From contig OZ024744.1 in assembly GCA_964016885.1 (NCBI GenBank), positions 126,542,001 through 126,606,000 on the forward strand: DNA of 64,000 nt, given 5' to 3'. The notes under the pieces are model-generated. The model had not been told where the DNA came from and did no database searches. It was given only the letters and a program-made list of their open reading frames with translations. The DNA comes from Eledone cirrhosa (taxonomy: Eukaryota). The position numbers were made by a program, and so were the translations under genes. Each line of letters opens with the position of its first letter. Position 1 is the first letter of the stretch. Shown piece after piece: positions 40,252-54,935 of the stretch.

Positions 40252-40597
40252 TTAATTAAAGTTATATTGAAGACAGCAAGTACTCGGTGTCATTGGAAAT
40301 GATTTAACTCCCTTACCGGTGTCATTAGTTAAAATTCCCTGATATAATTTAATACATTCAGACAGTTCCGATCGTATTTAATTGATGGTAAATCAGAAAG
40401 TATCACTCAATAAAATATCAATTATATATCTCCGTAGTCTCGTACCCTGCTAGAAATAGCAGTGAAATTATCCATTACAGATTCTTCTTTAAACTCTTAC
40501 GTTTAGTTAAACAATCAACACAGCAAATCTTTTGTACAGACTTCAGAATAAGCTCGAAAACCGGCAGAATATCAGTCTCCTTCTTGCTATATATATA

Positions 40598-40644
<47 letters not shown>

Positions 40645-40666
40645 GCACGCACACATAATATATATA

Positions 40667-40745
40667 CAGTGAAATTCCGTTATAACGAAATTCAGGTGGT
40701 ATAAATATAATTCGTTGTAACGACAAATTCTTTATAATCGAAACA
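40667..40745. mobile_element. Single terminus of a Tc1/mariner-type element
   Basis: TA|CAGTGAAATTCCGTTATAACGAA with repeated TTCGTT(A/G)TAAC motifs; no partner end found. Confidence 0.4.
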
Positions 40746-42786
40746 AATCGTTTGTTTGTTGTTCAATTGTATTCTAGTTATGGTGTTTCACATGGAACCT
40801 TATATAACACAGAGAAGTATAGAGTCCACGTGAAAATATAAGACAACATATAATCTAATAAGAAGGTTAAAGAAAAGAAGGAAAAACAAGTGAAATGAAA
40901 GAGAAAGTTGAAAGGAAAATGTAAAAAAGAATCATTGAAATAATTATTCTACAAAGTGTTCTGTCTCATTTAGAAAGTGTTTTCTATGTTGGCCAGCTAA
41001 AATCTTCCCTCACTCAATTGTATCAAGTTAATTAGTTAATTCTAACTTTCCTGTAAAAAATTACTGATTTCAACAACAACTGTTTGGCTAAAACCACCAA
41101 CAATAACAAATATGTTTGTTTCGAGAGAAGGAGTGAAGACCTCTATGTGGTTACTTGATCTGTTGGAAATAGCAGCCAAATTTCTTTCAGGTCACATACC
41201 TTCTTGAATTAAAAAGGGACTGTTTGGTGGGCTGCTTTAAGCCGCAGTTTAAAGACAATAGGGTACTAAACGGGGGTTAGTTCCCTAAGGAAATATATAT
41301 CAGGATTGAGTGACCCAAGTTTCATTTTGACATTTTATTCGTAATCACGTGTAACACATGTTTCGTGAATGTATTATATTTATTTCTCCTCCACTGTTTT
41401 TGATACATCTCAAAATTCTGTCTATGCAGCCGTCCCTGCCGGACGGGATTTCCAGGGCTCCACATAAGTCAACATAAGCAACGCATACAACCACGTGCGA
41501 CTACCCACCAAAAACAAGAAATCAATCACTGAAATATTGACTTAAATAGTCCTTACAAACCTAAGGTAACACAGCAAAAAGCCTACCTAGCCTTACCAGG
41601 GCGAAAGCTAGGACATTCCACAATTTATTATTCATCTGAACGTTATCTCCATAATTATGTGGTTGGTACCAGTACATCTTTCAACAAGATTTCTGCTCTG
41701 TTAACCTGGCTTCCACACACTGAAGCATTAACACTGCAGTAACTCAACCACTCTTACAACACGTCGGTTGTATTTACAAGCAAAAGAAAAGAAAACACGT
41801 AAAGATTAATTCAAAAACAAACAAAAAGAAAGATCTATCGCCTTGCTTCTCCATATTTTTATTGAAGATTCTCATCCAACATCTGCTAACACAATAAGTT
41901 AGTTTCAGAAGCCCCAAGTTCGAGCAGTGATTCGGTAATCTTGGTAAAGTTAAACCTACATAAGTAGATATAATTCAGACTAAGGGTCAGACCTGTAGCA
42001 ATTGAATGAATTTCTCCACAATTTAGCTGTTCATATTATAGATCATCTTGCCTGTGTTGAAATATGAAACCACAGAAGCATCACAATCGCAGCCTTGATC
42101 GTGGTTCAGTGACACTACATGCTCAACCCATCGGCCAACAGCTCCTACCCAACAACCAACACAACACCCCACCTAAAGACAAGAACCTTACAGTTAGCAG
42201 CCCGACTCCCTCTCTTTTTATTTGTAATATTATGACGATGGTACGATCTAAGTTCAAATCCCTCCGAGGTTAACTTTGCTTTTTATCTTTACGGGGTCGA
42301 TAAAATAAAGTACCAGTAATGCACTGGTATTGATCTAATCTACTTTCCCCTCCCCCAAAATTGTTGGTCTTATGCCTATATAAGGAACCAATATTATCAC
42401 GACGGTTCTGTTAACAAATAAACTGTTTATTTAGATTTTTCAAAATTTATTTTAACATTAATTTAGATCAATTACAATAATTTTCTGTCATAGACATTAA
42501 AATCAAACATAATTTAATCATACATTGTTATTTTTAATAAGTTAGTAATTCATTGTATGTATATAAATAAATAAAATATTTTATGTGCATAACCGTCCAT
42601 CTATATGTATACATGTATGTATAAAAATATATTTACATACATATATACATTTTCAGACGTATAAACATAAGTGTATATATATATATATTCATATAAATAT
42701 ATATATATATATATATACACGTGTAGAATATTTAATGGAATACATAAGAGTATATATTTATAAATATATGTGCGTATATATATATA

Positions 42787-43481
42787 TGTAACGGAATATT
42801 GTGTGTGGTTGTAACGACAAGTGGATGGATGGATGTAACTGTTGGTATGGTGGTTTTGGTGTGAAGAAAAATACCAGGATTGTTGTTACAAAGTTTATTT
42901 TATTATAACAATATTCAATTTGAATATTGAATGATAAAATAATTGACACAAAATATTCATACAATAATTTGGTGGCTCTTCGAGCCACGTAGATTCAACT
43001 ATCACAGAATACGATTATAATACGTGTAAACAGAAATGAATGGTGTGTGTACAAATGCTGGACTCACTATGAATACGTCTGTGCGGCGTATCAGTATATT
43101 TACTTATTTGTATTGCAGGAGTCAGCGATCAGCCAGAAAGGTGAGAATAAATGGCAGCCTGTAAATGAGATTCGTCTTGTCTGTATCCCACTTCTTTTCT
43201 GTTTTTGGCGTAAACCATCCCTGTCTTTATAAGAGTTAAAGTTAGAAGGAAAGATATATCCTCTGAACTTTGGTTAGTCTCCCAAGGGATTAGTTTGACA
43301 AGTGTAAACAAGTCAGAAAGATGGATATATCCTCTGACTTATTTTCTGTCAGGCGTAAACACCTCTGACCTGTGTTTAGCCTCTCCCAAGGGGTTAGTCT
43401 CTTGAGCGTAAACAAATTACAACGGCTTGTCCCAGAGGCGGGAAAGCTCAGATTCGGTTTCGAATCTTCGCCGCCGTTATA
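42787..43481. mobile_element. Candidate solo LTR (~695 bp)
   Basis: Begins TGTAACGG and ends CCGTTATA (one change from CCGTTACA); internal AATAAA at ~43147; sits in a TA tract. Confidence 0.5.
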
Positions 43482-44709
43482 TATGTATACACTCACACGC
43501 ACATATTTATATGTATTTGGTGTATACGTTCGTATGTGTGTGGGTATGTGTTGCACCGGTTTACGTATGTGTGCGCGTGTATGTGTACGTGCATGTATAT
43601 GCATGCATGCCGTGTGTTTTCGCATATACACGTGTATAAATGTGTGTATGTATATATTTAAGATTCATGATTTCAATAACCTCTGTCATTTTCGTTCTAC
43701 TAATTTATTTACATTATTCTGAAATCCGAAGCCGAGAATCATTCAGTTTCCTAAATAATATATTAGTCTACGACTCCATTTATACCTTAAACGTGGTTGT
43801 CTTTGCGTGTAATTGTTCTCACCGGTCCACATAACGAGGTATGATCTTCGCTTCTTTCCATTCATTGCCAGCGAACGTCTTCCCGAACCAAAGTATCGTC
43901 TTCCTGTTTTACTTCGGTTGCAAACATGTTTCGAAATATTTACTTCTACGTTCACAGATTGATTCTTTTCAGTTTCAGATCCCGTTAAGGGTGAAAGCAG
44001 CAATTCTTTATGTATGTGGGGTGGGGATTGGAGAGGTGGGTCAGAGGGGTTACTTCGCTGGTAAGGGGGTGGAGTGTTAAGACGTGGGGAGGAGGAAAGT
44101 TGGGGCATACTTCAAACCACTAAATGTTGCTTCATCTCGTGGACATGGGAATGCAGGTCAACCTTTTAAACAACATCTCTACCTTCATACACATCACATG
44201 TCCATACCACAGCAATCTCCTCTCCTGCATACTGTATCTTATCCCTCTCATGCCCAGGTTCTCTCTCAGTTTATTTACACTTTGCTCTTCATGTATATTA
44301 ATATTACACATCCATCGGAGAATTCAAGCTTCATTTCTATCCAATCTTCCGAGGTCCACACTGCAATGCAGCATTGCTGTTTATATGCACACATCAATTT
44401 GGTAAAACAACCTTTTGTAGCTAGTAATAGTAGTAATAGTAGCACCCTAAACCTTTGCCATTTTGTTCTTACTCTGGTTTCTGTACTTTCAGTACACCTA
44501 CCTCCACTGCTAATTTGGTCACCCTGGTAACAGAAACTGTCAACTGTTTCTATGGAACCCTTTAAATATTTGATAGAACTTGTCCCCAAAAGTGATTGCT
44601 TCTTACTGCTCCAGTGCAATGACCCCTTGTAAAACCTACTTTCTTAGCTAACTCAACTTGTATCCCACTAAATCTCTTGTGAACCCATAGTCTCTTTAGA
44701 GTAAATAAT

Positions 44710-44864
44710 TGTTTCTACTTTTGGCACAAGGCCAGCAATTACCCAGTGCATTACTGGTACGACCCCGGAAGGATGAAAGGCAAACTTAACCTCGGCGGGA
44801 TTTGAACTCAGATCGTAAAGGGACGTAACTATGCTGGAAAGCATGGCGTCCGACCCTCTACCAC
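44710..44864 (-). mobile_element. SINE of a second family with a 16-bp TSD
   Basis: ctttagagtaaataat at 44694-44709 and 44865-44880; B box GAGTTCAAATCCC; empty site at ~30370. Confidence 0.85.
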
Positions 44865-46531
44865 CTTTAGAGTAAATAATGTTTCATACACAGAACATGT
44901 ATGTGTGACCATTGGTTTGCAAGTCCACTTATGGCCACCACTGTTAATTAGGGGAGGCACTTCCAAACAGACCCTTCATTTGGCATGATTACAAATATAT
45001 TAGAAGGAAGTTCTTTCCTCAAACAATTTTCACTCAAAACAGAGGAGAGTTTAATTTTGTCAAAAAGGGAGGTAAATCTTTAGTGGTGGAATTGTCAGGC
45101 TTAATTATATATGTAATTAGACACACATAGAAGTGGTTGATTGCTTTTACAATCTAGGTGACTTAATTAGCAGTGGAGGGGGATGCTCTGAAAGATGAAT
45201 AGCTAGAATAAGGATAGGATGGAAAAAGTTTAGAGAGCTACTGCAACAGTTGACCACAAAAGGTTTCTCTCTCTGTACAAAAGGACAACTGTATGACACA
45301 TGTGGGTGATGTGCAATGATGTATGGTAACTAAACATGGGCTGTGACTGCAGAGGATATGTAGACTGGAGAGAAATGCCACAACCATGTTTTGTAGGATA
45401 TGTTATGTAAGTGTGAGAGAAAGGCAGAGTTTGGACAAGTTCAAGAAGAAGTTGGGTTTAAGAGTGATCTGAAGTGGTGTGTAAGAGAGAAGACTGTCTG
45501 TACAGACATGTGATGAACATGGATAATGACCGCTGGGTGATGAAGTGCCAGGAAATCCCAGTAGAAGGAAGCCATAGTAGAGGTAGACCAAGAAAGACCT
45601 GGAGAGAGGCTGTGTGAACTGACTTCAAAGAACTGACTCTCACAAAGAAGATAACAAAGGAACACGACGAGTGGAAAGATGCCATGTTGAGAAGGACCTG
45701 TCCAACCAAGCAAGCATGGAAAAACGGACATAAAAACAGTGATGATGTTGATGAAGATGACGTACATATACACACATACATACACAAATAAATCAAATAC
45801 AGATATGCACATACGTATATACAAACACAGATACAAACATATATATGGACACAAATTTCTAGACATACATGCTAGCGTGGAAGATAGACGTTAAACGATG
45901 ATGATGATTATATAGCGTATGTAAATTCTGAACGATACAGTTTTGTCAGCAAAATTCTTGGTTACAACTTTTACAGATAAAATGAAAGGAGAATTTCTTA
46001 GTAAAACAGTTTTATTCAAAACATTTACAACATTGGTGGCACTATTTTAGGTGAGTGACATGGTTTTTATGTTGTCTGATTGTGTTTGTGTTGCATCAAG
46101 TAAACCTTTACAAGAGAATGATTTACCACAGACATCACAGTGATATGGTTCCTCTGCTGTATGTGTTAGTGTGTAGGGAAGCCACAACATTTAGGGAATG
46201 ATTTACCACAGATATCACAGTGATATGGTTCATTTTCTGTAAATGTTAGTGCCGAATGAAGTGACTTATTTCAGAGAATGATTTCCCACAGATATCACAG
46301 TGATATAGTTCCTCTCATGTATATGTTAGTGTCTAGTGAAGCCACACCATTTAGAGAATGATTTACCAAATATATCAAAGTGAAATGTCTTCCCAGCTGT
46401 ATGTATATGTTTATGTGTAGTTAATGTAACATTCAAAGAGAATGATTTCCCTCAGATGTCAAAATGATATGTATTTGTATTCTCATTAATTTACAAATTT
46501 GAAGGAATGATTTATCACTGATGTCAATGCG

Positions 46532-48304
46532 TTATGATTTCTCTTCTGCATGTATGAGTTTGTGAGTAGTTAGGCTACTTTTCCCAGAGAATGATATACC
46601 ACAGATATCACAGTGATATGGCTTCTCTCCTGTATGGGTACGATTGTGGTTAAATAATTGACTACTTCGAGAGAATGATTTACCACAGATATCACAGTGA
46701 TATGGCTTGTCTCCTGTATGTGTACGTTTGTGGCTAGTTAAGTGATTACTCTGAGGGAATGATTTACCACAGATATCACAGTGGTATGGCTTCTCTCCTG
46801 TATGTGTACGTTTATGTGTAATTAGGTTACTACCTGCAGAGAATGATATACCACAGATATCACAGTGATATGGCTTCTCCCCAGTATGTATACGATTGTG
46901 GTTAGATAAGTAACTACTTCGAGAGAATAATTTACCACAGATATCACAGTGATATGGCTTGTCTCCTGTATGTATATGTTTGTGTTTAGTTAAGGTACTA
47001 CTTTTAGAGAATGATTTACCACAGATATCACAGAGGTTTGGCTTCTCTCCTGTATGTATACGTTTGTGGCTACTTAAGCTGCTACCTTGAGAGAATGATT
47101 TACCACAGATATCACAGTGATATGGCTTGTCTCCTGTATGTATACGTTTGTGTCTAGTTAAGGGACTACTATCGGAGAATGATTTACCACAGATATCACA
47201 GTGGTATGGCTTGTCTCCTGTATGTATACGTTTGTGAGTATTTAAGGTACCACTTTTATAGAATGATTTACCACAGATGTCACAGTGATATGGTGTCTCG
47301 CCTGTATGTATACGTTTGTGAGTAGTTAAGCAACTACTAACAGAGAATGATTTACCACAGATATCACAGTGATATGGCATCTCGCCCGTATGTGTACGTT
47401 TGTGGCTAGTTAAGGTACCATTTTCAGAGAATGATTTACCACAGATATCACAGTGATAAGGCTTGTCTCCTGTATGGGTACGTTTGTGGGTAGTTAAGTG
47501 ACTCCTTAAAGAGAATGATTTACCACAGATATCACAGTGGTATGACTTGTCTCCTGTATGTATACGCTTGTGGCTAGTTAAGTTACTATTTACAGAGAAT
47601 GATTTACCACAGATATCACAGGGATATGGCTTCTCTCCTGTATGTATACGTTTGTGAGAAGTTAACTGACTACTTACAGAGAATGATTTACCACAGATAT
47701 CACAGTGATATGACTTGACTCCTGTATGTATACGTTTGTGCATAATTAAGTTACCACTTCCAGAGAATGAATTACCACAGATATCGCAGTGATATGGTTT
47801 CTCACCTGTATGGGTACGTATGTGAGAAGTTAAGGTACCTCTATCAGAGAATGATTTACCACAGATATCACAGTGAAATGGCTTGTCTCCTGTATGAATA
47901 CGTTTGTGGCTAGTTAAGGTACCACTTTCAGAGAATGATTTACCACAGATATCACAGTGATATGGCTTCTCTCCCGTATGTGTACGTTTGTGAATAATTA
48001 AGGTACCACTTTGAGAGAATGATTTACCACAGATATCGCAGTTATATGGTTTCTCACCTGTATGGGTGCGTTTGTGAGAAAGTAAGCTACAACTATCAGA
48101 GAATGATTTACCACAGATATCACAGTGATATGGCTTCTCTCCTGTATGTATTCGTTTGTGAATAATTAAGGTACTACTTTTATTGACTGATTTACCACAG
48201 ATACCACAGTGATATGGCTTCTCTTCTCTAACCTTTGTCATTGTTCCATTAATACTAAACATTTGTGTTTCACATTTAATCTTCACACTCAGTTTATTTT
48301 GCAT
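46532..48304 (-). CDS. Tandem C2H2 zinc-finger protein, copy 3 (28-aa N-terminal leader + 20 fingers); the only copy with an intact N-terminus
   Basis: 590-aa ORF starting [33 protein letters not shown], open through all fingers. Confidence 0.93.
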   Translation of the reverse strand: MQNKLSVKIKCETQMFSINGTMTKVREEKPYHCGICGKSVNKSSTLIIHKRIHTGEKPYHCDICGKSFSDSCSLLSHKRTHTGEKPYNCDICGKSFSQSGTLIIHKRTHTGEKPYHCDICGKSFSESGTLTSHKRIHTGDKPFHCDICGKSFSDRGTLTSHIRTHTGEKPYHCDICGNSFSGSGNLIMHKRIHTGVKSYHCDICGKSFSVSSQLTSHKRIHTGEKPYPCDICGKSFSVNSNLTSHKRIHTGDKSYHCDICGKSFSLRSHLTTHKRTHTGDKPYHCDICGKSFSENGTLTSHKRTHTGEMPYHCDICGKSFSVSSCLTTHKRIHTGETPYHCDICGKSFYKSGTLNTHKRIHTGDKPYHCDICGKSFSDSSPLTRHKRIHTGDKPYHCDICGKSFSQGSSLSSHKRIHTGEKPNLCDICGKSFSKSSTLTKHKHIHTGDKPYHCDICGKLFSRSSYLSNHNRIHTGEKPYHCDICGISFSAGSNLITHKRTHTGEKPYHCDICGKSFPQSNHLTSHKRTHTGDKPYHCDICGKSFSRSSQLFNHNRTHTGEKPYHCDICGISFSGKSSLTTHKLIHAEEKS

Positions 48305-49323
48305 AATGTTTTTTTCTTGAACAGAATATACAAAATTTTTTTCTTGTAATATTTCTTATATTATATTCCTAAAAAATATATCTTCTATATTTCCCTCAAC
48401 TGTAATGTCAGTTAATATCTGAAGATAATACAAACTTATGTTTCATCCAAGTTTAGTTAAAATATAAAAATATCACATAGGGAGGAAAATAATAAGTAAT
48501 TCAATGACAGATTTATATAAACAGCGTTATATAAGTTCTGTTTAGAAGGTTTTAGTCTTCAAATGATGATAAATTGAGGTGATGTGTATCCGAGATTGAA
48601 AATAATAATTTATACCAATGTCATCTGATATTCTGAAATAAGAAAGAAACAGTATGAGATAATACAGAATACTTAAGAAGCAGAGACAGATTTAACAGAG
48701 GAAATTTTATATTTCTATATTGGTAAACTGTAGATATCAACTTTCCTGTCCAGAGTAATTCTCTCCAATGTAAGTAGTGTTATTCCAGCATCCTCTATAA
48801 ATTTAATCCTTGTATCACATCGGAGGTCTGCTCCAGGGCAGTTTAGCAAAAAATTCATTCTTATAGGACTTATAAGAAAGAAACAGTGTGAGATAATAGA
48901 GAATACTTAAAATACAGAGATAGATTTAAAGTGAAAATTTTACACCAGTACCAAATTTCCCAGTGTCGATGACGTTACTTTTTCCCTATTATACTAATAT
49001 ACACTATATATACACTATATATGTTGTCCAAGGGAAAGACAATGGCTGATACAGCTTGGTACCAGTGACAACACAGCATATATATACACTATATATACAC
49101 TGTGTACAATATATATTATACACTATATATGTTGTCCAAGGGAAAGACAATGGCTCATACAGCTTGGTACCAGTGACATCACAGCATATATATACACTAT
49201 ATATACACTGTGTACAATATATATATACACTATATATGTTGTCCAAGGGAAAGGCAATGGCTGACACAGCTTGGTACAAGTTACATCACAACATATATAT
49301 ACACTATATTATATATATACTGT

Positions 49324-49513
49324 TAGGCGGTGGATTGGCAGTATCGGTAGAGGGTCGGACGCCATGCTTTCCAGCATAGTTACAGCCCTTTACGATCTGA
49401 GTTCAAATCCCGCCGAGGTTGACTTTGCCTGTCATCCTTACGGGGTCGATAAAATAAAGTACCAGTAATGCACTGGGTATTTTGCTGGCCTTGTGCCTAA
49501 AGTAGAAACAATT
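49324..49513 (+). mobile_element. Second-family SINE (other copies ~28130-28250 +, ~28415-28595 -, ~42240-42392 +)
   Basis: gagttcaaatcccgccgaggttgactttgcc..catccttacggggtcgataaaataaagtaccag; flanking repeat atatatatactgt. Confidence 0.8.
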
Positions 49514-50147
49514 ATATATATACTGTAATGGCTGATACAGCTTGACACCAGTGACAGACATCACAACATATATATACACTATATATATATATATATATAT
49601 ATACACTGTGTACAATATATATTATACACTATATATGTTGTTCAAGGGAAAGGCAATGGCTGACACAGCTTGGCACCAGTGACATCACAACATATATATA
49701 TGTATACTTATATCCCAGACATCCATAGATTATTTCTATGCTACAGCTATCTCTCTTCCCCAATTTCAAAATGTTCTGTTTACATTATTATTATTATCAT
49801 TCACTTGTTTCCACAACGTATATACTTCGACCTTGTTTTTGATATAAACCATGTTGGACATTGTCTCTTTCTCTACAAACTCATCCCTCACCCCCGCCAT
49901 TACCTCCCCTTTCTCTCACTCATTCATTTTGGTGTTTACGAAGCTAGGTGACCATCTTCAAAATTCTTGCATACTTGCCTTGTCTAATATGTCTACTTAT
50001 ATCTGCTTATTTCCCCCGAATCTCCTGTTATGGTATATGTCATGATGGCTACCTATCTCACAATTTAACTCTCGCCCACCCCAACTCACCACCATTGGCT
50101 ATTCGACCCATCAAACCTCAGCAACATGTCCTAACCCATTACCCACC

Positions 50148-50701
50148 CTAACAAACTCTGCCCTTCTAGCCCTAACCAGCCCCAACAAACTCTGCCATTA
50201 CTACTACTGTCCTTCTAGCCCTTACCAGCCCCAACAAACTCTGCCATTGCTACTACTGTCCTTCTATACCTTACCAGCCCCAACAAACTCTGCCACTAAT
50301 ACTAGTCCTTCTAGCCCTTACCAGCCCCAACAAACTCTGCCATTACTACTACTGTCCTTCTAGCCCTTACCAGCCCCAACAAACTCTGCCATTACTACTA
50401 GTCCTTCTAGCCCTTACCAGCCCCAACAAACTGCCATTACTACTACAGACCTTCTAGCCCTTACCAGCCCCAACAAACTCTGCCACTAATACTAGTCCTT
50501 CTAGCCCTTACCAGCCCCAACAAACTCTGCCATTACTACTACTGTCCTTCTAACCCTTACTAGCCCCAACAAACTCTGGCATTACTACTACTGCCCTTCT
50601 AACCCTTACTAGCCCCAACAAACTCTGCCATTACTACTACTGTCCTAACCCTTACCAGCCCCAACAAACTCTGCCATTGCTACTACTGTCCTTCTAGCCC
50701 T
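50148..50701. repeat. Same 49-bp minisatellite, ~11-12 units (unit 3)
   Basis: Reverse complement of the 6901-8762 monomer. Confidence 0.92.
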
Positions 50702-50704
50702 GCA

Positions 50705-52421
50705 CCAAAGAATTCTTGTTCACCATTATGTATGGAGGAGCGAAGGATAAATGGAACAACCCCAAATAAATAAATGAATATGAATCCGCAAGTTACCAAG
50801 CACCCATGCGAAGCTTTAATTCAGAGACAGGAAGCATACACACTCCCCCGCAAAAATTCACCCTCTCCCACATATGATGGCAAATGTCCAAAACTCTGAG
50901 TTGGCAGCATCAACATAAGCACAATGAAAGGAAGGGAAGGAGAAATTATAGACATGCTAGAGTGAAAGGATATTGACGTATGCTGTGTGCAAGAGACTAG
51001 ATGGAGAGGAGAGTCCGCTAGAGTCCTTGCAGGCAAAAGTTAGTGCTATGAATTTTTCTAGGTGGGAAATGACAATGGGATGGGTGGTGTAGGTATACTA
51101 TTAACTGAGAAATGGGTAGATAAGGTATTGTTAACCAGGTAATACTAGAGGGTGTCATACCAAAGGATAGGTGCAGCAGCATCATCGTCAACTGCTACAA
51201 GGGTAAAGTAGATGCACTAGATAGAATAAACTATAGAGGTATAAAGCTGATGGACCAGGTCATGAAAGTAATGGAACGAGTCATAGCACAGTTGATCAGG
51301 GACTGGGTAAAACTAGGTGAGATGCAGTTTCGGTTGTTGCAGGAAAAAGCACCACTGGTGCCCTCTTCCTCGTGAGGCAGTTACAGGTAAAGTACCTAGA
51401 TAAAAGCAAGCTGCTCTCCCTGGCTTTTGTCGATATGGAAACAGTCTTCAACAGAGTGCCCCGTGAAATAATCTGGTGGGCTCTTAGAAAACTAGGAGTA
51501 GATTAGTGGCTTGTGAAAGCTCTACAAGCCATGTATAGGGACATGTCAGTAAAGTTAGGCTTAACAATTACTATAGCGAGGAATTTAGCATACAAGTCGG
51601 TGTCTACCAGGGCTCTGTTCTTAGCCTTCTCCTGTTTATAATAGTATTGCAGGCTATAACAGAAGGGTTTAAGACCTGATGCCCATAGGAACTCCTATAT
51701 GTGGATGATCTTACACTTATAGCTGAATCTATGGCAGAACTAAAGAAACAAGCACCACCAAACTCTGGGAGAGCTCTGTAGAAACAATAGACAGCTTTTG
51801 CTACCTAGGTGACCAAATGAGCAGCGGAGGTGGGTGTTCTGAAAGTACAGTAACCAGTGTAACAACAGGATTGAAGAAGTTTAGGGAGCTACTGCCACTG
51901 CTAGCTGCAAAAGGCTTTTCCCTCAAAATGAAAGGCAGACTGTATGATGCGTGCATACGAACAGCAATGCTACATGGTAGTGAGACCTGGGCACTGTCTG
52001 TAGAAGACTTGCGTAGATTAGAAAGAAATGAAGCTTGCACGCTCCGATGGATGTGTAATAGTAATATACACGAACAACAAAGCATTAACAAATTGAGAGA
52101 GAGACTGAGCATCAGAGGAATCAAATGCTGTGTGCAGCAGAGGAGGTTGTGTTGTAGCCCCTGGGTACAAGCCGAAGCACATAGACAATATGCCCCCAAC
52201 CCCCTCCCACTGTAAAGTGGCCATGGAGGTGTCACAACAAAAAAGCACCCATCACTCACTGTGAGGTTGGTGTTAGGAAGGGCATCCAGCTGTAGAAATC
52301 AAGCCAAAATCGGTTCCCATTTGAGCAAGACAAGGTCACCCCACCTGGCACTGCCCACAACAGGACAACCTGTCTAACCCATACTACCATGGAAGAAGGG
52401 ACGTAAAACGGTGATGATGAT
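50705..52421 (+). mobile_element. Paralogous degenerate RTE LINE in unit 3
   Basis: Same fragments as 35830-37731; ORF 51817-52215. Confidence 0.85.
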
Positions 52422-52429
52422 ATACATAT

Positions 52430-53090
52430 ATTTACACTGTGTACAGTATATATACACTATATATATTATACAGTATATATACACTATATATATTATACAG
52501 TATCTATACACTATATATATTATACAGTATATATACACTATATATATATATTATACAGTATATATACACTATATATATTATACAGTATATATACACTATA
52601 TATATTATACAGTATATATACACTATATATATATATTATACAGTATATATACACTATATATATGTCCAAGAGAAAGGCAATGGCCAGTACAGCTTGGCAC
52701 GAGTGACGTCACAACATATATATATACAATATATATTATACAGTATATATACACTATATATATTATACAGTATATATATACAATATATATTATACAGTAT
52801 ACATACACTATATATATTATACAGTATATATACACTATATATATATTATACAGTATATATACACTATATATATTATACAGTATATATACACTATATATAT
52901 TATACAGTATATATACACTATATATATTATACAGTATATATACACTATATATATTATACAGTATATATACACTATATATATTATACTGTATATATACACT
53001 ATATATATATTATACAGTATATATACACTATATATATTATACAGTATATATACACTATATATATTATACAGTATATATACACTATAAATA
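52430..53090. repeat. ~22-bp AT-rich satellite (tatatacactatatatattatacag-like)
   Basis: Visible tandem periodicity; related arrays at ~2105-2225, ~20100-20580, ~37740-38010. Confidence 0.85.
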
Positions 53091-54935
53091 TGACCAAGAA
53101 AAAGGCTATGGCCGATACAGCTTGGCACCAGTGACATTACAACTCATTTCTACAGCTGAGTAAACTGGAGCAACGTGAAATAAAGTGTCTTGCTCAAGGA
53201 CACAACACATCACACGGTCCGAGAAACGAACTCACCACCTTTTAATTGTAAGCCCAATGCTTTAACCACTAAGCCAGGATACGTTCCAGAACCAACCGTG
53301 ATATAGAGAGACCATAAAGACAACCGATGTTTTCATAGTTTAAGCCTTAAAATACCTCTCATACATGCTTTAAGTACATATAAACTCATTAAAGCACACT
53401 TTTGTATTTAAACACCAAAAACAGCCAGTAACGATCGTATAGAAACTACCACCAACCATCATACCACTAGTTACCAATGAGGACCATTGCCAGCCACGGT
53501 AGCCACATGGTAATACACTGCACATCTCCCGTCAATCTATGAAGGGTTTGTAGTAGATTAGAGCAAAACACAATCAGTAAAAGAATAATGGAATGAAAAA
53601 TATAAACATTTGTTCATAATTAAAGCCTTAAGATGTCCCTTCCTTACGATATACACTTTAATAACATTGAAACTTATTTAATAAGTTTAAATTTTAAACA
53701 CTTTTTATTCAGACGTACCGCGATAAGAAACTAGATATGTTCTAACGAATAATCCGCGATGTGGCGAGGATTACCGCGATAGGAAATTAGATACGTTCCA
53801 AAGAAATATCCGCGATGTAACGGGACCGCGAAAAGTGAACCGCGATATAGCGGGGGATTACTGTATATATACACACACAACATACATCTATCTATATACA
53901 CTCATAACATATATTTCGATATCTTACATTAAAATGTTGACTGAGGGTGTGACAACTGTTTCTTGTTTGAGGTTGTTCCAGTGGTTGAAATATAGACGGA
54001 GGTAATTTAAATAATAAAGACAGTCATGATAACAATATATTTTATATCACATGTAACAGTGGAATCTGGTTAATTACTGGGTCGTTGTAGGGTTCACATA
54101 ATTATATTATTTACACACATTATTATAGACATTAAGTAAATCTTTTTCAACTTACCTCCTTCACATATAATCAACGTGTTGAGTTGTTAGTTGTTACTAA
54201 ACAACCAAAGAAATAATCTCTTTGTTATCAAATTAGCAGTTTCAATGTTATCAGCTTTATTTCACGACATTAACGTTGGTGTATCTTCTTCATCTTTAGT
54301 CATAAATTGATATCTTGTCAGAATGAAGTAGTGAGGCTGACTTTATGTCTTTAGCTACAGATTTGATAGGAAATATACATATATTAGGTTGATATGTGGT
54401 CTAAAATATATATATTGTCTATAAATGACTGATAGCAGATGTTCTGGTGAAATAGTAGTTTTACTACTACAGATTGTAATGGAACTCTTAGTAGACACAA
54501 TTGTAAAGTAAGAATAGATATGGCAGTGTAAGACTGATGTCGGGGAATTAAAATTGTGTATATATATATATATATATAATTATTACACAAGATATAATTA
54601 GATTAATTAAAGTTATAATGAAGACAGCAGATACTCGGTGTCGTTGAGAACGTTTCAACTGTCGTACCGGTGTCACACGTTAAAAGTCCCTGATATAATT
54701 TAACACCTTCAGACACAGTTCCAATAGTATTTAATTGATTGTAAATCAGAAAGTATCACTCAATAAAATATCAATTATATATCAATAAGAAAACCTCTAC
54801 GTAGTCTCTCTGACTGCTATAAATAGCATCGATAATATCCAATACAACTGTTCTCTCTCTATATATATTTATATATATACACACAAATATATGTACGTAT
54901 GTATGTAAATGTGTATACAACTCTTATGTGTATGT

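Noticed and set aside
48220-48632. KRAB/SCAN/BTB/ZAD effector domain upstream of the fingers
   Set aside because: Only a 28-aa leader is open and no such motif is recognisable in the putative exons
52411-53163. 250-aa and 231-aa Y/I-rich ORFs (also 9121-9759, 37723-38149)
   Set aside because: Translations of TA-rich satellites
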